Assembly: GCA_021613535.1 (NCBI GenBank)
Contig: CP075492.1
Coordinates: forward strand, 13,020,001 to 13,084,000
Origin: Adineta vaga
Taxonomy: Eukaryota; Animalia; Rotifera
Direction: 5' to 3'
Length of the DNA stretch: 64,000 bases
In this document: positions 12,130-24,926 of the stretch, in pieces
Layout: each line of letters opens with the position of its first letter
Numbering within the stretch: position 1 is the stretch's first letter
Translations under genes and position numbers: made by a program
Notes under the pieces: model-generated
The model's input: the letters and a program-made list of their open reading frames with translations, nothing else
Told to the model about the DNA's origin: nothing
Database searches by the model: none

Positions 12130-15100
12130 TTAGCCAGTGATACTTTTGATCCAGTTCTTATAGGCTGCGACACGAGTGAATCCATTTGGATTAGTACCGG
12201 CACCAGTTTTGCAACCTTGTATAAAACTAGCTATACCCGACACAACATATTGTCCTTGATATTTAGCCAGTAAAGGACTGCCCGTATCACCTCCACATAT
12301 TGAGCTGCTACTAATAGAATCAGCTACACATATTTGACGAGAACTATCTACGAATGACCACCAACGTTCACAATCAGCTACGACTTTCCCATAAGTTTGT
12401 TGTAATACATTCGTGATTGCTGCTCCTTGAGTTAGTGCACCCCATCCAATAGTAGCCACATCTTCATCAGCTTGTGGTTCACCACCTGGTAAGCAGATCG
12501 GTTGAACGTATGTATTGAAGATGAATGATTCATTTAAGCGAATCACAGCAATATCATTGGCAAATACTACGGAATCATATTGAGGATGGATAGTGATTGT
12601 TTTTGCTGTACGATATTGTCTCGTGGTGGTTTCTGCATTTGACGATCTATCATGCATACCAGCTATTAAAGTAATATCAGCTGGATTTGATGTTCCAATA
12701 CATTGAGCTGCAGTAATGATATAATCTTTGTCAATCAATGTGGCACCACAAACATAAAAAGTAGAACTAGTTCCTTGCATTCGTTTTTCTTGGTAGAAGA
12801 TCATCTGTATCAAAGAAGACAAGAACAGAAATAAAAATATTGTTAGATGCTAACATTTCAAAACTTACCCAAGGCCAAGAATTTGCAATAGCATTAGTAC
12901 CTCCAAAGATACGACTGATTGTTTTAGCGCGTGGTGCAATACTTTGTTTACCACAAGTTGAACTAGTCAACGGCGATGGTGTGGTAGTTACTGTTAAAGG
13001 AGGAACAATTGAACCAACTAGACAGCAATATCGCACACGAAAGTCAACACCAAGTGGCGCAACAGATTTGTATGAGAGAAGAAAAAGAGTACTATTCGGT
13101 TGACTCCAATACCATTGACCTGATCCTCGATTTGTTGACGAATTAATTGATTGAGCTTGTATACTTTTTGGAACGCGACACATAGTTGTTGGATTTCGTG
13201 CAAGAATAATGCTCATATCTTCTATATCAATACTGGCTGAGTTAGCTGGTTTACCTTCATTAAACCATGTTGTCCATAGGTAGTTGATTGGACAGATTGG
13301 TTGAGTGACATCCGATGGATAGAAATAGTTAATTGGTCGACCACCACCACCTAATAATATATGCATTTTATATGTTGTCAATTTCATAATAAAGATTATA
13401 TTTAAAAGACTACTATTTAAAAAAGATTCTTGAACAAAATTAGATGATCGTCTCATTAAACACCTCTCTACTCTCTGTACTATAATTATGCAATATACTT
13501 ACTAACTGCTGGAGTTGTCGTTGTGCTTACGATAGTAGTACTTGTAGTGATAATTTTGGTGGTGGTTGTAGTACTAGTGATAGTGGTAGGTTTGGTGGTG
13601 GTTGTAGTACTAGTGGTAGTGGTAGGTTTGGTGGTGGTTGTAGTACTAGTGGTAGTGGTAGGTTTGGTGGTGGTTGTAGTACTAGTGGTAGTGGTAGGTT
13701 TGGTGGTGGTTGTAGTACTAGTGGTAGTGGTAGGTTTGGTGGTGGTTGTAGTACTAGTGGTAGTGGTAGGTTTGGTGGTGGTTGTGGTTGTAGTTGTAGT
13801 TGGAGCCTTGGTGGTGGTGGTGGTCGAGGTAGTGGTTATTGGCGTGGCTACCGATACATAAGTGCTTAAGCGAGCAAAAGTAACTGCAGCAGGGCCGGTT
13901 ACAATAATTGAGAATGAGCCTAGAAGATTTGAATTGTAAGTGCTGACTACAATAGTCATATTATAACTGGATTGAAAATTAATTGAGAAACGAAATTGTC
14001 CGTCACCATTACCATCATCATTTTGTAACCATAAATTTGCAGAAGGATTGGCTGGATAAAAGATGCCAGTATATAGATAACCGTATGTATCTAAACTGCT
14101 ACTTCCTTTGATAATATATACACCAGGTGTTATGACACGTATTTGTACGGTTTCATAGTAATAACTTGATGCTGTACCATTAACACGGACATATTGTGGG
14201 CTACCCGACGTCAAACTTCCAGGATAGATCGAAGTTATAATACTTGGATTAACTATATAGAACAGAAAAACTCTATTGTTTAACATTCGAAAAAAAAGAG
14301 AAGATGAATTTTACCTGTAGTAGCAGCTGTTGTAGTTGGTGGTAAAGTAGGTGCATATGCTGTACAATTGTAGTAGAGTCGTACTTCTTGTATGTCAGTT
14401 GCACTTAAATAATAACGTTGACCAATTTTAACATTTGGTTGAAGTGCTTCAATGGTGGGGAAACCATTGTTAGAAAATGCAGTTGTTTCATAATGCATTA
14501 AAGATTCATAATCATATGGAGTATTGAGAGTGTCGACTTCTTCAGCTGACATCTTGTCAAAATTAAACAGCTTACCTAATATCAGACAAAAATACATTAT
14601 TATTAAAAGTAGATTTTAGAACATTGATGATATTAATCTAAGAGAAGATGTTACACTTACTTGAATCAATATTGGATGCATTAACTCGAACATATAAATC
14701 TCGATCAGGTCGTGATTGTTCATGATAAAATCCTAAAATAATTCATATCAAGATGAGTTACATATGTTTCATGTCGACATCATCACACCTACCTAATGTA
14801 TGTAAGAGTTCATGCATAATTCGTCCGTCATCAATACATCCTACACTTTGAAGTATAACCGTATGATTGTAATTCGCTGTAGAAGGCATTCCAACCTAAT
14901 AGGAAAAAGAAAAAAATGAATGAAATGGCTCATATTTTCTTGAAAGAAAATGCTATATACATTTGATGAACAGCCAGTTCCATTCATAATTGATATATAA
15001 TACAAATCTGACGATACTTTTGGTCGAAATTGAATACAACGTGCATTATTAATGGCAAATGTATTTTCCATTCTTCGCATTGCAGCAATAATGATTGCTT

Positions 15101-15601
15101 TTTGTTCTTCGGCTAGATATATCAGTGAATAGAAGAGTTAGGAGAAGTTTAATTATGAAAGATACATACTATGTCCTGGTATGAATTGATAGGGAACGAT
15201 TCCATTTGTCCAACGTGCACCGGCACGACGTATTCCTACACCACGCTTTAGTTTAAAAAAGAAACAAATATAGAATTAAATGAGATTCACATATGATTAC
15301 TATTAACTTACTTGTATTTTTGTTGGAAAACGCATGTCACCTTCAAATGTATTCTCTAGAAGAAAAGTAGAAGAAAACAAATGATCGTATTTCAAGTAAT
15401 TGGTTCATAAGGATTTGTTACTAACCTGATTCTTCTAAACCCTTCGTACCAATGCTATAGACCTGAAAGAAAATCGAATAATCTTATGATATATATATAT
15501 GCGCTATGTGTGAAGATTCTACGAACTGGTACTGATGGCGTTGCATAGGTGCTTGATATGATGACCAGAAAAATCATCATATTCAACATAGTAATGATCA
15601 T
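12130..15601 (-). CDS. Secreted multidomain protease: astacin (M12A) + PPC-like domain + Thr-rich linker + Mucin2 WxxW + inactive trypsin-like domain
   Basis: Signal peptide at 15601; astacin pro-motif FEGD; spliced HELLHTLGFYHEQSRPDRD and Met-turn SLMHY; DTYGYLY..NDD domain; WTTWFN..DFRVRYCC; RIFGG activation site; TAAQC / DIAVIRL / GDTGSP. Canonical introns link all ORF pieces. Confidence 0.88.
13555..13830 (-). repeat. 36-bp coding tandem repeat (TTTKPTTTTSTT), mucin-like linker
   Basis: About 6 near-identical copies of gtagtactagtggtagtggtaggtttggtggtggtt on the + strand. Confidence 0.95.
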
Positions 15602-15656
15602 TGTCGTTTCTGTATCGTTTACACAAATGACAAAAACTCAGTGAAAACAGCTGTCC

Positions 15657-15663
15657 TTTTATA
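15657..15663 (-). promoter_or_regulatory. Candidate TATA box of the astacin fusion gene
   Basis: TATAAAA on the minus strand about 55 nt upstream of the ATG. Confidence 0.45.
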
Positions 15664-16741
15664 ATACTCATCGTCATGATAAATCAAGACATTAATTACA
15701 AAAGACCATTTACTTGATAATGGGCGTCACTTCGTCAAAAACAAAACATGATTTACAGAAGCAGTGATGCAAATGACATTAGGTCACACTGTTTGACTAA
15801 TGCAGCCTCATTTTCAATACATTATAAGACAAGGGAGAGAAACAAAACGCAATCAGACGTGAAGCTTCAAATAAGATTATAATCTAGTTTTAACGTAACA
15901 ATATATCTATGTTGGCTAAATTATTTTACCTTTTGCTTTTTCTTTACAAAACATCGCGGCCATCTCCAGTGAATCAAACGTCTCTCTAACAAATTCATGT
16001 AAAATTAAAATAAACGAAACAGATGTGAATCACAAAAACATTAGTTATAATTTACATTAATTGAGTGAATAACTGTTTTCTATCTGTCTATTTATAGTCA
16101 TAATTTAACTTTTTACCATGCCAACCTCGACAAACAATTCAATAGTAGTGATAGAACTACTATCATTTTAAGCAAGAAATACGACAACGTTAGCAGTTTC
16201 ATCAGTAGATGTGTCGATTGCTCATGGACTAACTGTATTAACTCGAATACGAAATCAGACGGGTGCATTAAGTATAATTGCATCGTAAAAACGATATCTT
16301 TTACATTAATATTATTATTTTTTCTTTCCGAATTGAAACATACAGTCTATCAAGATCTGTTATCTTAAACATATTCATTCGTACAGCAGTGATATTATAT
16401 ATCAAGTGCATATTGATGTCAACGAATAATAAAAACATATTGAATTTCTTCAGTTATGAATCGTTGAGCCGTCGGCAAATCAATACTCTGTGATACATCA
16501 GTTATGAGTACGATTTTTCCATCGAGTTAACCCCATTCATTTTTATTAATAACAAACGCTATGTCTAGTAATTGTATGCAAATAGTTTTCTTCTCTTTGA
16601 AAACAGAAAGAACTACCCGAATCAAGATGCTATTTTTATTCTTTATCTTTGTTATTGATTTTACATATGACCTTTCATCATGTGTATGATTGAAAACTAT
16701 TTTATTCTAGATAAAACTTTAAAAGAAAAAATAGAATTTGT

Positions 16742-18022
16742 TCATTCGAGTTTTAAATCTTCAATGTCCATATCTTCTGATTCATTCAAAATTGTTTTTT
16801 TTGCAGTTGTCCATGTCTCTTTTTTCAAATAAATCGTTTCATATTTCATCAATGCTCGTGATTGATATCGACGAAATGCTTTGATTGGTGCATCTGCTGA
16901 TACTATAGTACCTAACGGTTTTGCTCCCATTTCCGTTATATTTCGTTGAATTCCATTGAGTAGTTGTATATCTTGATCCACTACTTTCATAATGAATCTT
17001 TCAGTTAAATAATCATAGCCCGGTATATATTCAATCCATTTATAACAAAAGAAATTACGATAGAATTGCATTAGAAGACGCATCTTGTTTTCTGCACTTG
17101 GTATAATGATAAAGATTTGTACAAGTATATCATCTTTAACACCTTCGTGATGTTCCAAACGAATAAAACATGGCGGTATAAAATGAAAATTAGAGAATTT
17201 CATAGATGACGATGTTTCATGACGTTGCATTTTATATGAAAATGATTCTGTATTTTTTGATAAATAAGATGAAGGTGTAATACGTTCTGATCGAATACAA
17301 CATGCTTGAGAACGTTTACCGATCATTCCATCATGTGTAAAATCAATATGAGCCCAATCTAATAGATTATCAACCATTAAATCATAAGGTATATTCAGAT
17401 CGCATACAGTTTCTGGTGATAATAAAAATCTACTATGGTCACCTTGGATACCATCAAATAATTTATGTGGAATCAGTATACTATCAGCTAATTCACGTTT
17501 ACCAGGCCATATCCATATATACCCATATTGTTCATGAACAGGTACAGTTCGAGCACATATCAAGGAAGCTGTATTGGAATTTTTCGATACTGACGGAATG
17601 TAAACGCATTGACCATGAGCACCAAATTGCCATCCATGATAGAAACATTCAAGATTGCCATCTTTTGTTATTTGACCTAAACTAAGTGGTGCTGATCGAT
17701 GTGGACATAGATCAAGTACACAAATTATATCGCCATCATTTCGTCGATATAAACATAAAGGTTCATTGAGCAAATGAAAACCAAATGGTCGACGTGATCC
17801 ACAAGGTATTTCATGAGAAAAAGCGACAGGATACCAATAAAGTGAATGATCTAATGGATCATATACAAACGATACTGATGTTGTTGTTTTCGATATATGT
17901 GATTGTACTCGATAACGAGCAGCATCGCGTCTTTTTACTCGACGATACTGACGTATGGTAAGACATGCGAAAATTATGACAGTCACCGCGGTGGTTGACA
18001 GAAAAAGAAAGAAACCGAACAT
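16742..18022 (-). CDS. Membrane-anchored Rieske non-heme iron oxygenase (PAO/Tic55/CAO/VanA-like), intronless
   Basis: Rieske motif CPHRSAPLSLG...CFYHGW; mononuclear-iron motif DNLLDWAHIDFTH; distal DQD; N-terminal hydrophobic anchor; TATAAATA at 18063-18070 on the minus strand. Confidence 0.92.
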   Translation of the reverse strand: MFGFFLFLSTTAVTVIIFACLTIRQYRRVKRRDAARYRVQSHISKTTTSVSFVYDPLDHSLYWYPVAFSHEIPCGSRRPFGFHLLNEPLCLYRRNDGDIICVLDLCPHRSAPLSLGQITKDGNLECFYHGWQFGAHGQCVYIPSVSKNSNTASLICARTVPVHEQYGYIWIWPGKRELADSILIPHKLFDGIQGDHSRFLLSPETVCDLNIPYDLMVDNLLDWAHIDFTHDGMIGKRSQACCIRSERITPSSYLSKNTESFSYKMQRHETSSSMKFSNFHFIPPCFIRLEHHEGVKDDILVQIFIIIPSAENKMRLLMQFYRNFFCYKWIEYIPGYDYLTERFIMKVVDQDIQLLNGIQRNITEMGAKPLGTIVSADAPIKAFRRYQSRALMKYETIYLKKETWTTAKKTILNESEDMDIEDLKLE

Positions 18023-18360
18023 CGTCTAAAAAGAAACGACATAAAAGCTACACACAGGCGTGTATTTATATAGGTTAGAAAAACTGATTATACAACTTGT
18101 TATTTTTAAGAAAAAAGCAATGGTTATATAATCAAGAAAAACATAACAGCTTCTTCCATTAATCTATTTTCATTTCGAATACATTTTGTATTGACATCAG
18201 CAATTCTCTATTCGTTTATATTGAAGATAAATGTCAGAAAATAAGATTCTTTTATTAGATTTATATAAAGCAATTTTTTCGACAACAAAAAAATATAAAT
18301 AAATATTTAATTTACACCGGTTAATGAAATAAAAAAATCACCGTCAGAATAAAAGAAATT

Positions 18361-18732
18361 TTAATCACGTGGATTGGTTCGAACAATATGTATAGAAGAA
18401 CACTGTGAATTATCACGTAGTACCTACGATAAGAATTGAAAAATGGGTATTTCTATACAAAGATACTATTGAACTCACTGTAGGTGATAGACTTATAGAA
18501 TGTAATTCACGCGTTGGAGAATGATTTGACATATGAATTGGTTGATTCCATCGATGTTCATATTCATACGGCCAGAATGGACGGGAGACATACTGAAAGA
18601 AAAGTAGATAGTTTGAGTTGTGACATACTTATTGTTAAAAAATCAATGACGTTTACAAACCGGTCTTTCTCGACGAGTTTTTCTCGATGATTTACCAACA
18701 CATAATGATAGATTATTCGTCGTATTACCCAT
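18361..18732 (-). CDS. Uncharacterised ~80-aa 3-exon protein with MG N-terminus
   Basis: MGNTTNNLSLCVGKSSRKTRRERP | YVSRPFWPYEYEHRW...SLSPT | VLRDNSQCSSIHIVRTNPRD*, joined by two phase-0 GT-AG introns. Confidence 0.6.
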
Positions 18733-18858
18733 TCTAAATATTTACATCATTCTCTAAAGATTACCATCTGAAAGAAGAAGTTCACATATGTACGAATTAT
18801 TCAATAAAAAAGAAAGCACGAAAGAAGTGATTCACAAAAAAAAACAAGACCTGAAGAA

Positions 18859-19361
18859 TTAATTTATTTGCCACTAAATAAAAATATTTATTTTAGAAAA
18901 TAGAATAAAATGTAATGTTTTTTTTCTTTACCCGAAGACCACCATTAGTATCATATTTTGATAATTTAGCTTGTTGTTGTTCAAGTCTTTCGCGTTCCAA
19001 TTCTCTTTTCTTCATCTTGTTCAACTCATCTTCATCCATACCACGTGTTTCATTCTTATATAGACGACGACTTGCAGCATCAGCAGCAGCTTGTCGTCGT
19101 GTTTCCTAAGGCACAAAAAGAAAAGAAAATTTTCATAATATGTCGCCATTTGTTGTTGTTGTTGTTCTTTCTTTCTATCTGTTTATTCTACTAATGTCAT
19201 GCAAACTAATGTGATGACTGATTTATCTTTTACAAAAACATATAATCTCATGACAAGTTTCATGATAAAAGTGCAATTACTGGGTCAGGTGTGGGCATGT
19301 TGTGTGAATGATGAGTTTGTTGAGCATTCGAACCACGAAAACAATCAAGAAGTGAACCCAT
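18859..19361 (-). CDS. SVIP: Small VCP/p97-interacting protein-like (89 aa)
   Basis: Exons 19361-19281, 19105-18932, 18873-18859. MGSLLDCF (lipidation-type N-terminus), PTPDPETRRQAAADAASRR (VIM-like RxxxxxAAxxR) and C-terminal GGLRWQIN*. Confidence 0.85.
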
Positions 19362-19824
19362 ATTAATCGAAATCAGATCAAATTTATGATAATGAGCAAA
19401 GACTTAAGATTGAGATTCTTCAATATATTGTGAGTGATAAAAACATTGGGAATATTTATTATTAATCAGTGTAGGATGAATCATTTTCGAATCAGATCAA
19501 CGTATCAAAATGTTGCTGATCAAATCATCGCTTTCGTTCTTAAATGTTCAACGACATCTGTAGAAGATTTGTAAGAGAACTGATAGTCTACTTTATTATT
19601 ACAATTTCTTTTTATATATCTATAGTTCGTATAAAAATCACATACGTGTGAGATTTTGAGATGCAGAAAATATGCCAGTTCATTCTTTTTTCGTGAAAAC
19701 AAATCGACAACAAAAACAGGCATGACATTCATGGCGCACATATTATTACATGAAAAGAGGAAGAAAAACAAAGTTTTGTTGCTGTTTTTGTCGATAAAAA
19801 GTATTACCATTTCGATTTTTTCAT

Positions 19825-20742
19825 ATGGCAGGTGTAGCAGCAGTGACGGATGATAATAAATCGTTAAATACGTTAGACAGTTTCGGCACGACTGATAGCA
19901 AACATTCAACTCTTACAAACTCTTTGATAGAATCAATTCAAAACTTACATATGGATGCTTCTTCTGATACCAACGATTCTTCAGATGAAGACAGCGATAC
20001 AAGTAAAAGTTCTAATTCAAAGAATAAGAAGGAAAAAATAGAGTGGGTATTTGGTGAACATCTTGCTACAGCTTTCGCTCGTGCGATTGAACATGGATGT
20101 GTTAAGAGTCGTGGCGTAAAAGAAACTGTTAAAAAGATCGAAGATGCAGACATTATTCCATATGATCAGTCCGAAGAATCGAAATTATTACGATATTGTT
20201 TGAATGAAGCGAAAGAAAAAAACAATCCTTTATTTCTGTTAATAGCGTATACATTAAATTCGTCATTCTACCAAACGATCAATGGTCGTATGGCTGAAGG
20301 TAGTCCTAACAAAGTATATAAGAGATTATGTAGCACATGGAGTGGTTATTACACAGGTGTACTGATGAAACATCCTGCATTACATTGCTATCGATGGCGT
20401 GGAAGAACATATCGAGGTTTTGTCACATCCAGAGAAGATGCAAAAGCTAAGTACAAAGTTGGAGTTTGGTTGACAAATAAAGCATTTCAATCATCATCAA
20501 AATTGAAAGCTGTAGCAGGACGTTTTGCATCACAACCAAGAAATGTAGAGGATCCAGTCTCTGTCATAATTTCTTATGATATACGTGATGAACGATCAGG
20601 ACTTGATGTTGAAAATATATCAAAATATCCTACAGAAAGAGAAGTTCTTATGGTACCTGGCTGTTTATTTGAAGTTATAAAAGTCGAGGGAGACGACAAA
20701 ATGGAAGTAGAAGCTCGACAGATATTAACACATAATGCTTGA
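19825..20742 (+). CDS. Stand-alone mono-ADP-ribosyltransferase (R-S-E / ARTC class), intronless
   Basis: AYT..FY helix, TYRG, FQSSS and EREVL (ExE). Acidic, Ser-rich N-terminus. Confidence 0.88.
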   Translation: MAGVAAVTDDNKSLNTLDSFGTTDSKHSTLTNSLIESIQNLHMDASSDTNDSSDEDSDTSKSSNSKNKKEKIEWVFGEHLATAFARAIEHGCVKSRGVKETVKKIEDADIIPYDQSEESKLLRYCLNEAKEKNNPLFLLIAYTLNSSFYQTINGRMAEGSPNKVYKRLCSTWSGYYTGVLMKHPALHCYRWRGRTYRGFVTSREDAKAKYKVGVWLTNKAFQSSSKLKAVAGRFASQPRNVEDPVSVIISYDIRDERSGLDVENISKYPTEREVLMVPGCLFEVIKVEGDDKMEVEARQILTHNA

Positions 20743-20904
20743 ATGATCTATCTATATGTATATATATATATATATTAATCTCCGTAGAGTAATATTCTAT
20801 GTCTATCCTGTTTTCATCTCGAACATCGTTTTTGTATTGTTTTTTTTATTTATTTTTAAAATAAATCAAAATAGAAACAGAAGAAAAGAAACATTACGTT
20901 GTGT

Positions 20905-23403
20905 TTATTTTGTCCAACGAGCTATCCAATCGAAAACTTCTTGATACCAAATCAATGAATTAAATGGATTTAATGTCCAATGATTTTCATTTGGTAAATA
21001 GAGCATACGACTAGGAATACCACGTCGTTGTAAAGCAGTGAATGCACCTATACCTTGAGTATCCGGTACACGATAATCGCGACCACCATGAATGATTAAC
21101 ATTGGTTGACTCCAATTGGCGACATGATTAACTGGATTAAATTGCTCAAAAGCTGTACTATTTTCATAAGGAGTCACACCACCAGCATCATGTTCACTAA
21201 ACCATAATTCTTCTGTTGAATAACCCATACCTCTCATATCAAATAAACCGTCATGACACACAAGCGTATTAAAACGTGTACTCATTTCTGGATGACCTGC
21301 AATCCAATTAATCATAAATCCACCATAACTAGCACCTAATGCTGCTGTTCGTTTTTCATCAATATAAGGATATTTTTGTAAAGCTGCAGTGAGACCTAAT
21401 TTCAAATCTTCAAAAGGTAATGTACCATAATTACCAGTGATACTATCCGTAAATTTTTGTCCATATGAATCGGATCCATGAAAATTAATAGCAATAACAG
21501 CATAACCTTGAGAAGCAAATACTTGATAATTCCAACGAAAACTCCATGCATCATACCAACTATTCTGTGGACCACCATGAATAAGAAAAGCTAAAGGAGC
21601 TTTTGGACCTTGATGACCATTGACTGATTCAACATGCCATCCCCAAACACTTTCATCGTTTGAACCTGTAAAATTGAATGAATCAACAACTGTACTCATT
21701 CGAACTTTAGCTAATAGATTATCGTTATGATTTGTTACAGGTCGTACTGATGTAGTTGATGCATAGAGATATATATTTGGTGGTTGAGTTATACTATCAT
21801 GAGTAAAAACAAACATATCATTATTTGTTGGATGATTATTAACATCATGAGCTGAACCGGTACTTAATAAACGTGTTGGAACTGCGGTAGGAGAAGTAAA
21901 ATTAGGATATTTATAAATGACATTACGTGCTTCTTCCCCGATTTCTAAATAAAGTGATTGATGATCTAATGACCAACTGATAGCTTGAATACTTCGATCC
22001 CAATCATCAAGTAAAGTTTTTGCTGGACCAGTTCCTTTAAAAATTATGAACAAAATCGAGATCGATCAAAAATAAATACATAAGCAAAAAGAAACTTACC
22101 TGTGTATAGTTTGATTTTGAATTGATCTGATTCATAGCCAGGAACGGATTGTGCTCGATAGACAAGAACTTGTTCGTCACTTGGTGAAAATGATGGATCT
22201 GTATCAGCTGCTTTATTATCACATGTAATACAAACAGCAGGCACTGTTGGTGTAGTTAAATCAAATGTAAAAATATCTAAATTTGTTGACCAAGCGACTG
22301 CACTTGTTTCATCATGTTGTCTTGTAAAAGCAAATTTATTTCCACTTGCACTAAATGACCATTGTGTTTTTCCATCACCAAATGGTCTTGTTGGTGAATC
22401 ACTATCAATATTGAAGAGAACATCAACAGGTGTATTGGTGAAATTCATAATTCCATTATCTTGTCGATGAATTGAGACAACAAATGGATGATGACGAGGA
22501 CCAAGCATATATTCATCCCAATGACGAATAAATAATTTATCAAATTTATAAACTAAACTACCACTGGATTTTTCTGCTGCAAGTCGATCAGCTGTTTGTT
22601 GAATAGTTAAATTTGAATAAACTTGACAACTAAATGCAAGTCGAGTACCTTGACGATTAACCAATAAATTATCAATATCAAGTGGAAAATTAGTAATTTG
22701 AGTTGGTTCAATAAAGGTGCCAAGTGCTGAAATATCATCAGGTAGATTTAATTGAAAAATTTGATTGAGTCCAGATGATGCACGATTTGATAAGAAGACA
22801 ATTGTCTTATTATCAATCCAAGAAAACTAAAAGACAATAAATAGAGAATGATTTGAATTCGTTTCTTTTATTCACATACTTGTTGATCATTAGTACCCCA
22901 AATAGGTCGTGTTAATTGAACTGTTTTATTTGTTTCTAGATTAATCCATTGAAGTGTTGTTGATGAACCTTTTAAATCGGGCATATGATATTGTTTTCGA
23001 AGATAAATAACTGTCTTTCCATCGAATGGATCAAATCGTGGAGATGATAGACGATCCAAACGAAGATTATCCGTTTGAGTAAAATCAGTTTTTGCTGGTA
23101 ATTGATTGTAATAATCACTATTCGATTGATAATCACTACCATTCCATGCTGGAGGTCCAGGTGGTGATGGAGGACTTGGAGGACTTGGACAATTTACATT
23201 ACGTAAAATAAGAACTAATGCTGGTATTAATATAACAACTGCACCCAATAGAAAGAAAGCAGCCGATGTTAAAAACTGAAATAATGAAAAGATAGAAAAA
23301 AATATATCCTAAAGTACTTAGATTAACTTACTGTTCTTGATGTCGATTTCGACATCGAATTTTTGTCTCGATTAAGAAGGTAGTCATCACTTCGACCTGC
23401 CAT
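20905..23403 (-). CDS. S9 family dipeptidyl-peptidase V-like serine peptidase with type II membrane anchor, 4 exons
   Basis: IHGGPQ, GASYGG nucleophile, DYRVP Asp and ENHW His; beta-propeller motif LFIRHWD; N-terminal TM followed by a Pro-rich stalk. Confidence 0.92.
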
Positions 23404-24926
23404 ATTGATGATTGATGTAGAAGTGTGAAGAATAAGAATAAAAAAGAATGAATATGTCTATATGTATGTTGTTTTACTGTCGAATGATAAGAACGATAAA
23501 TAAAATGATTCAACAAGAGATAATAATCATTGAAGAAATAATGGACTTTCAACTGATGAAAAAAGATAAATACTTGGAGAAACTTTTTTTATTTTATAAT
23601 GTTAAATAAAGATTAGAATAAAAGATATCTCTACTCATATTTTGAATGCATCAACATGGAGTTGCAAAAAATGTTTGAATATAAAATAAAATACCTTGAA
23701 TGGTTGTTATTTGACTTCGCAAAAAAATCGTTCTAAGATTATCTGGATTACTTGCTATGAAAATAACGAAAAGAAAAGGTCGTAGATAATAATATCGATC
23801 CATTTTCAAATGTCAAATCAGGTGTTGAGTATAGTTTCAGCAGATTATCAATATTTTCACGTATGTTCTCATTCAAAACACACCCACAAGATGAATCATC
23901 TTTAACACTAACGTTAGAATAAGTAAAGAATGTATAAATAGTACATTGGGAATGTGAATCAACTGGTTCTTAATTAATGTCATTCCATTTTGAAGTTTAT
24001 TCATTATTTAAATTCTTATCAACATTTTTTAAGATGACAAAGATCACAATACATGATGATGGACATATCTAAAGAGCATGCTTGACTAGAATAGTTATAC
24101 TAACGAGGGAACGTATCCAACTGTCTAATCGTTTTTGAATTCTAACTCTGTGCATTCGATAGACTTTACCATACAGCAAAACGTTCATTTTTCCTTCTCG
24201 ATATCCTCAAGTATTGATACTTAGGAAATCCTGACATCATTTGTACTAAACACAGTAGTTTTTGAGGTACCATATCTTGGGAAGAGAACATTCTTTTAAG
24301 CTGAGATTTTTAGAATGTTCCACTAATTTTTTCGTATATATCGTGTTGTATATTAAAATTCTAGCAAAGTGCCTATAACTTCGGACAGAAGACCGAAGAG
24401 GATTCAATCTCTTGGAGTTCATCATGCAAAATTTTTGATGAACATTATGTAATATTGTCCTTTCAAAACAAAGTAACCATTTCGCTCTAGAATGAAGATT
24501 GAATGCTGATTTTTATCTTATTTTTATTTTGAAATCTTCTATTAGACATAACGTTTCAATATTAACAAGTACGCCGATAACCTCTATATTTGTACTAACA
24601 AAATCGTTTTCTTATTTATTACATCATTACATATTGATTAGTTTAACGATATTCTATGAATAAACTGAAATGAAATAAGATAGTTTTAATGTAAAAATAA
24701 AATACAGTGCAATGAGGACATATTTCCCATTGTATGATTAACAAAAGAAGAATTCATAACAAAACAAAAAACATGTTTCATAATTATATAACAAATAACC
24801 GACAAACTGATATCACTTCTTGAAAATATCCTATATTCGCAAATCAAAATCTATTCATTCAAGTTTCCGAATTTTCGATTGAAGAAAATGAGCAAATAAG
24901 AAGCCATAGAATTATCACGTATTAAA

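Noticed and set aside
13555-13830. 36-bp repeats as a CRISPR array
   Set aside because: No unique spacers; the repeats are in-frame coding sequence in a eukaryotic gene.
13523-13861. Val-rich 112-aa ORF on the + strand
   Set aside because: Antisense shadow of the Thr-rich coding repeat.
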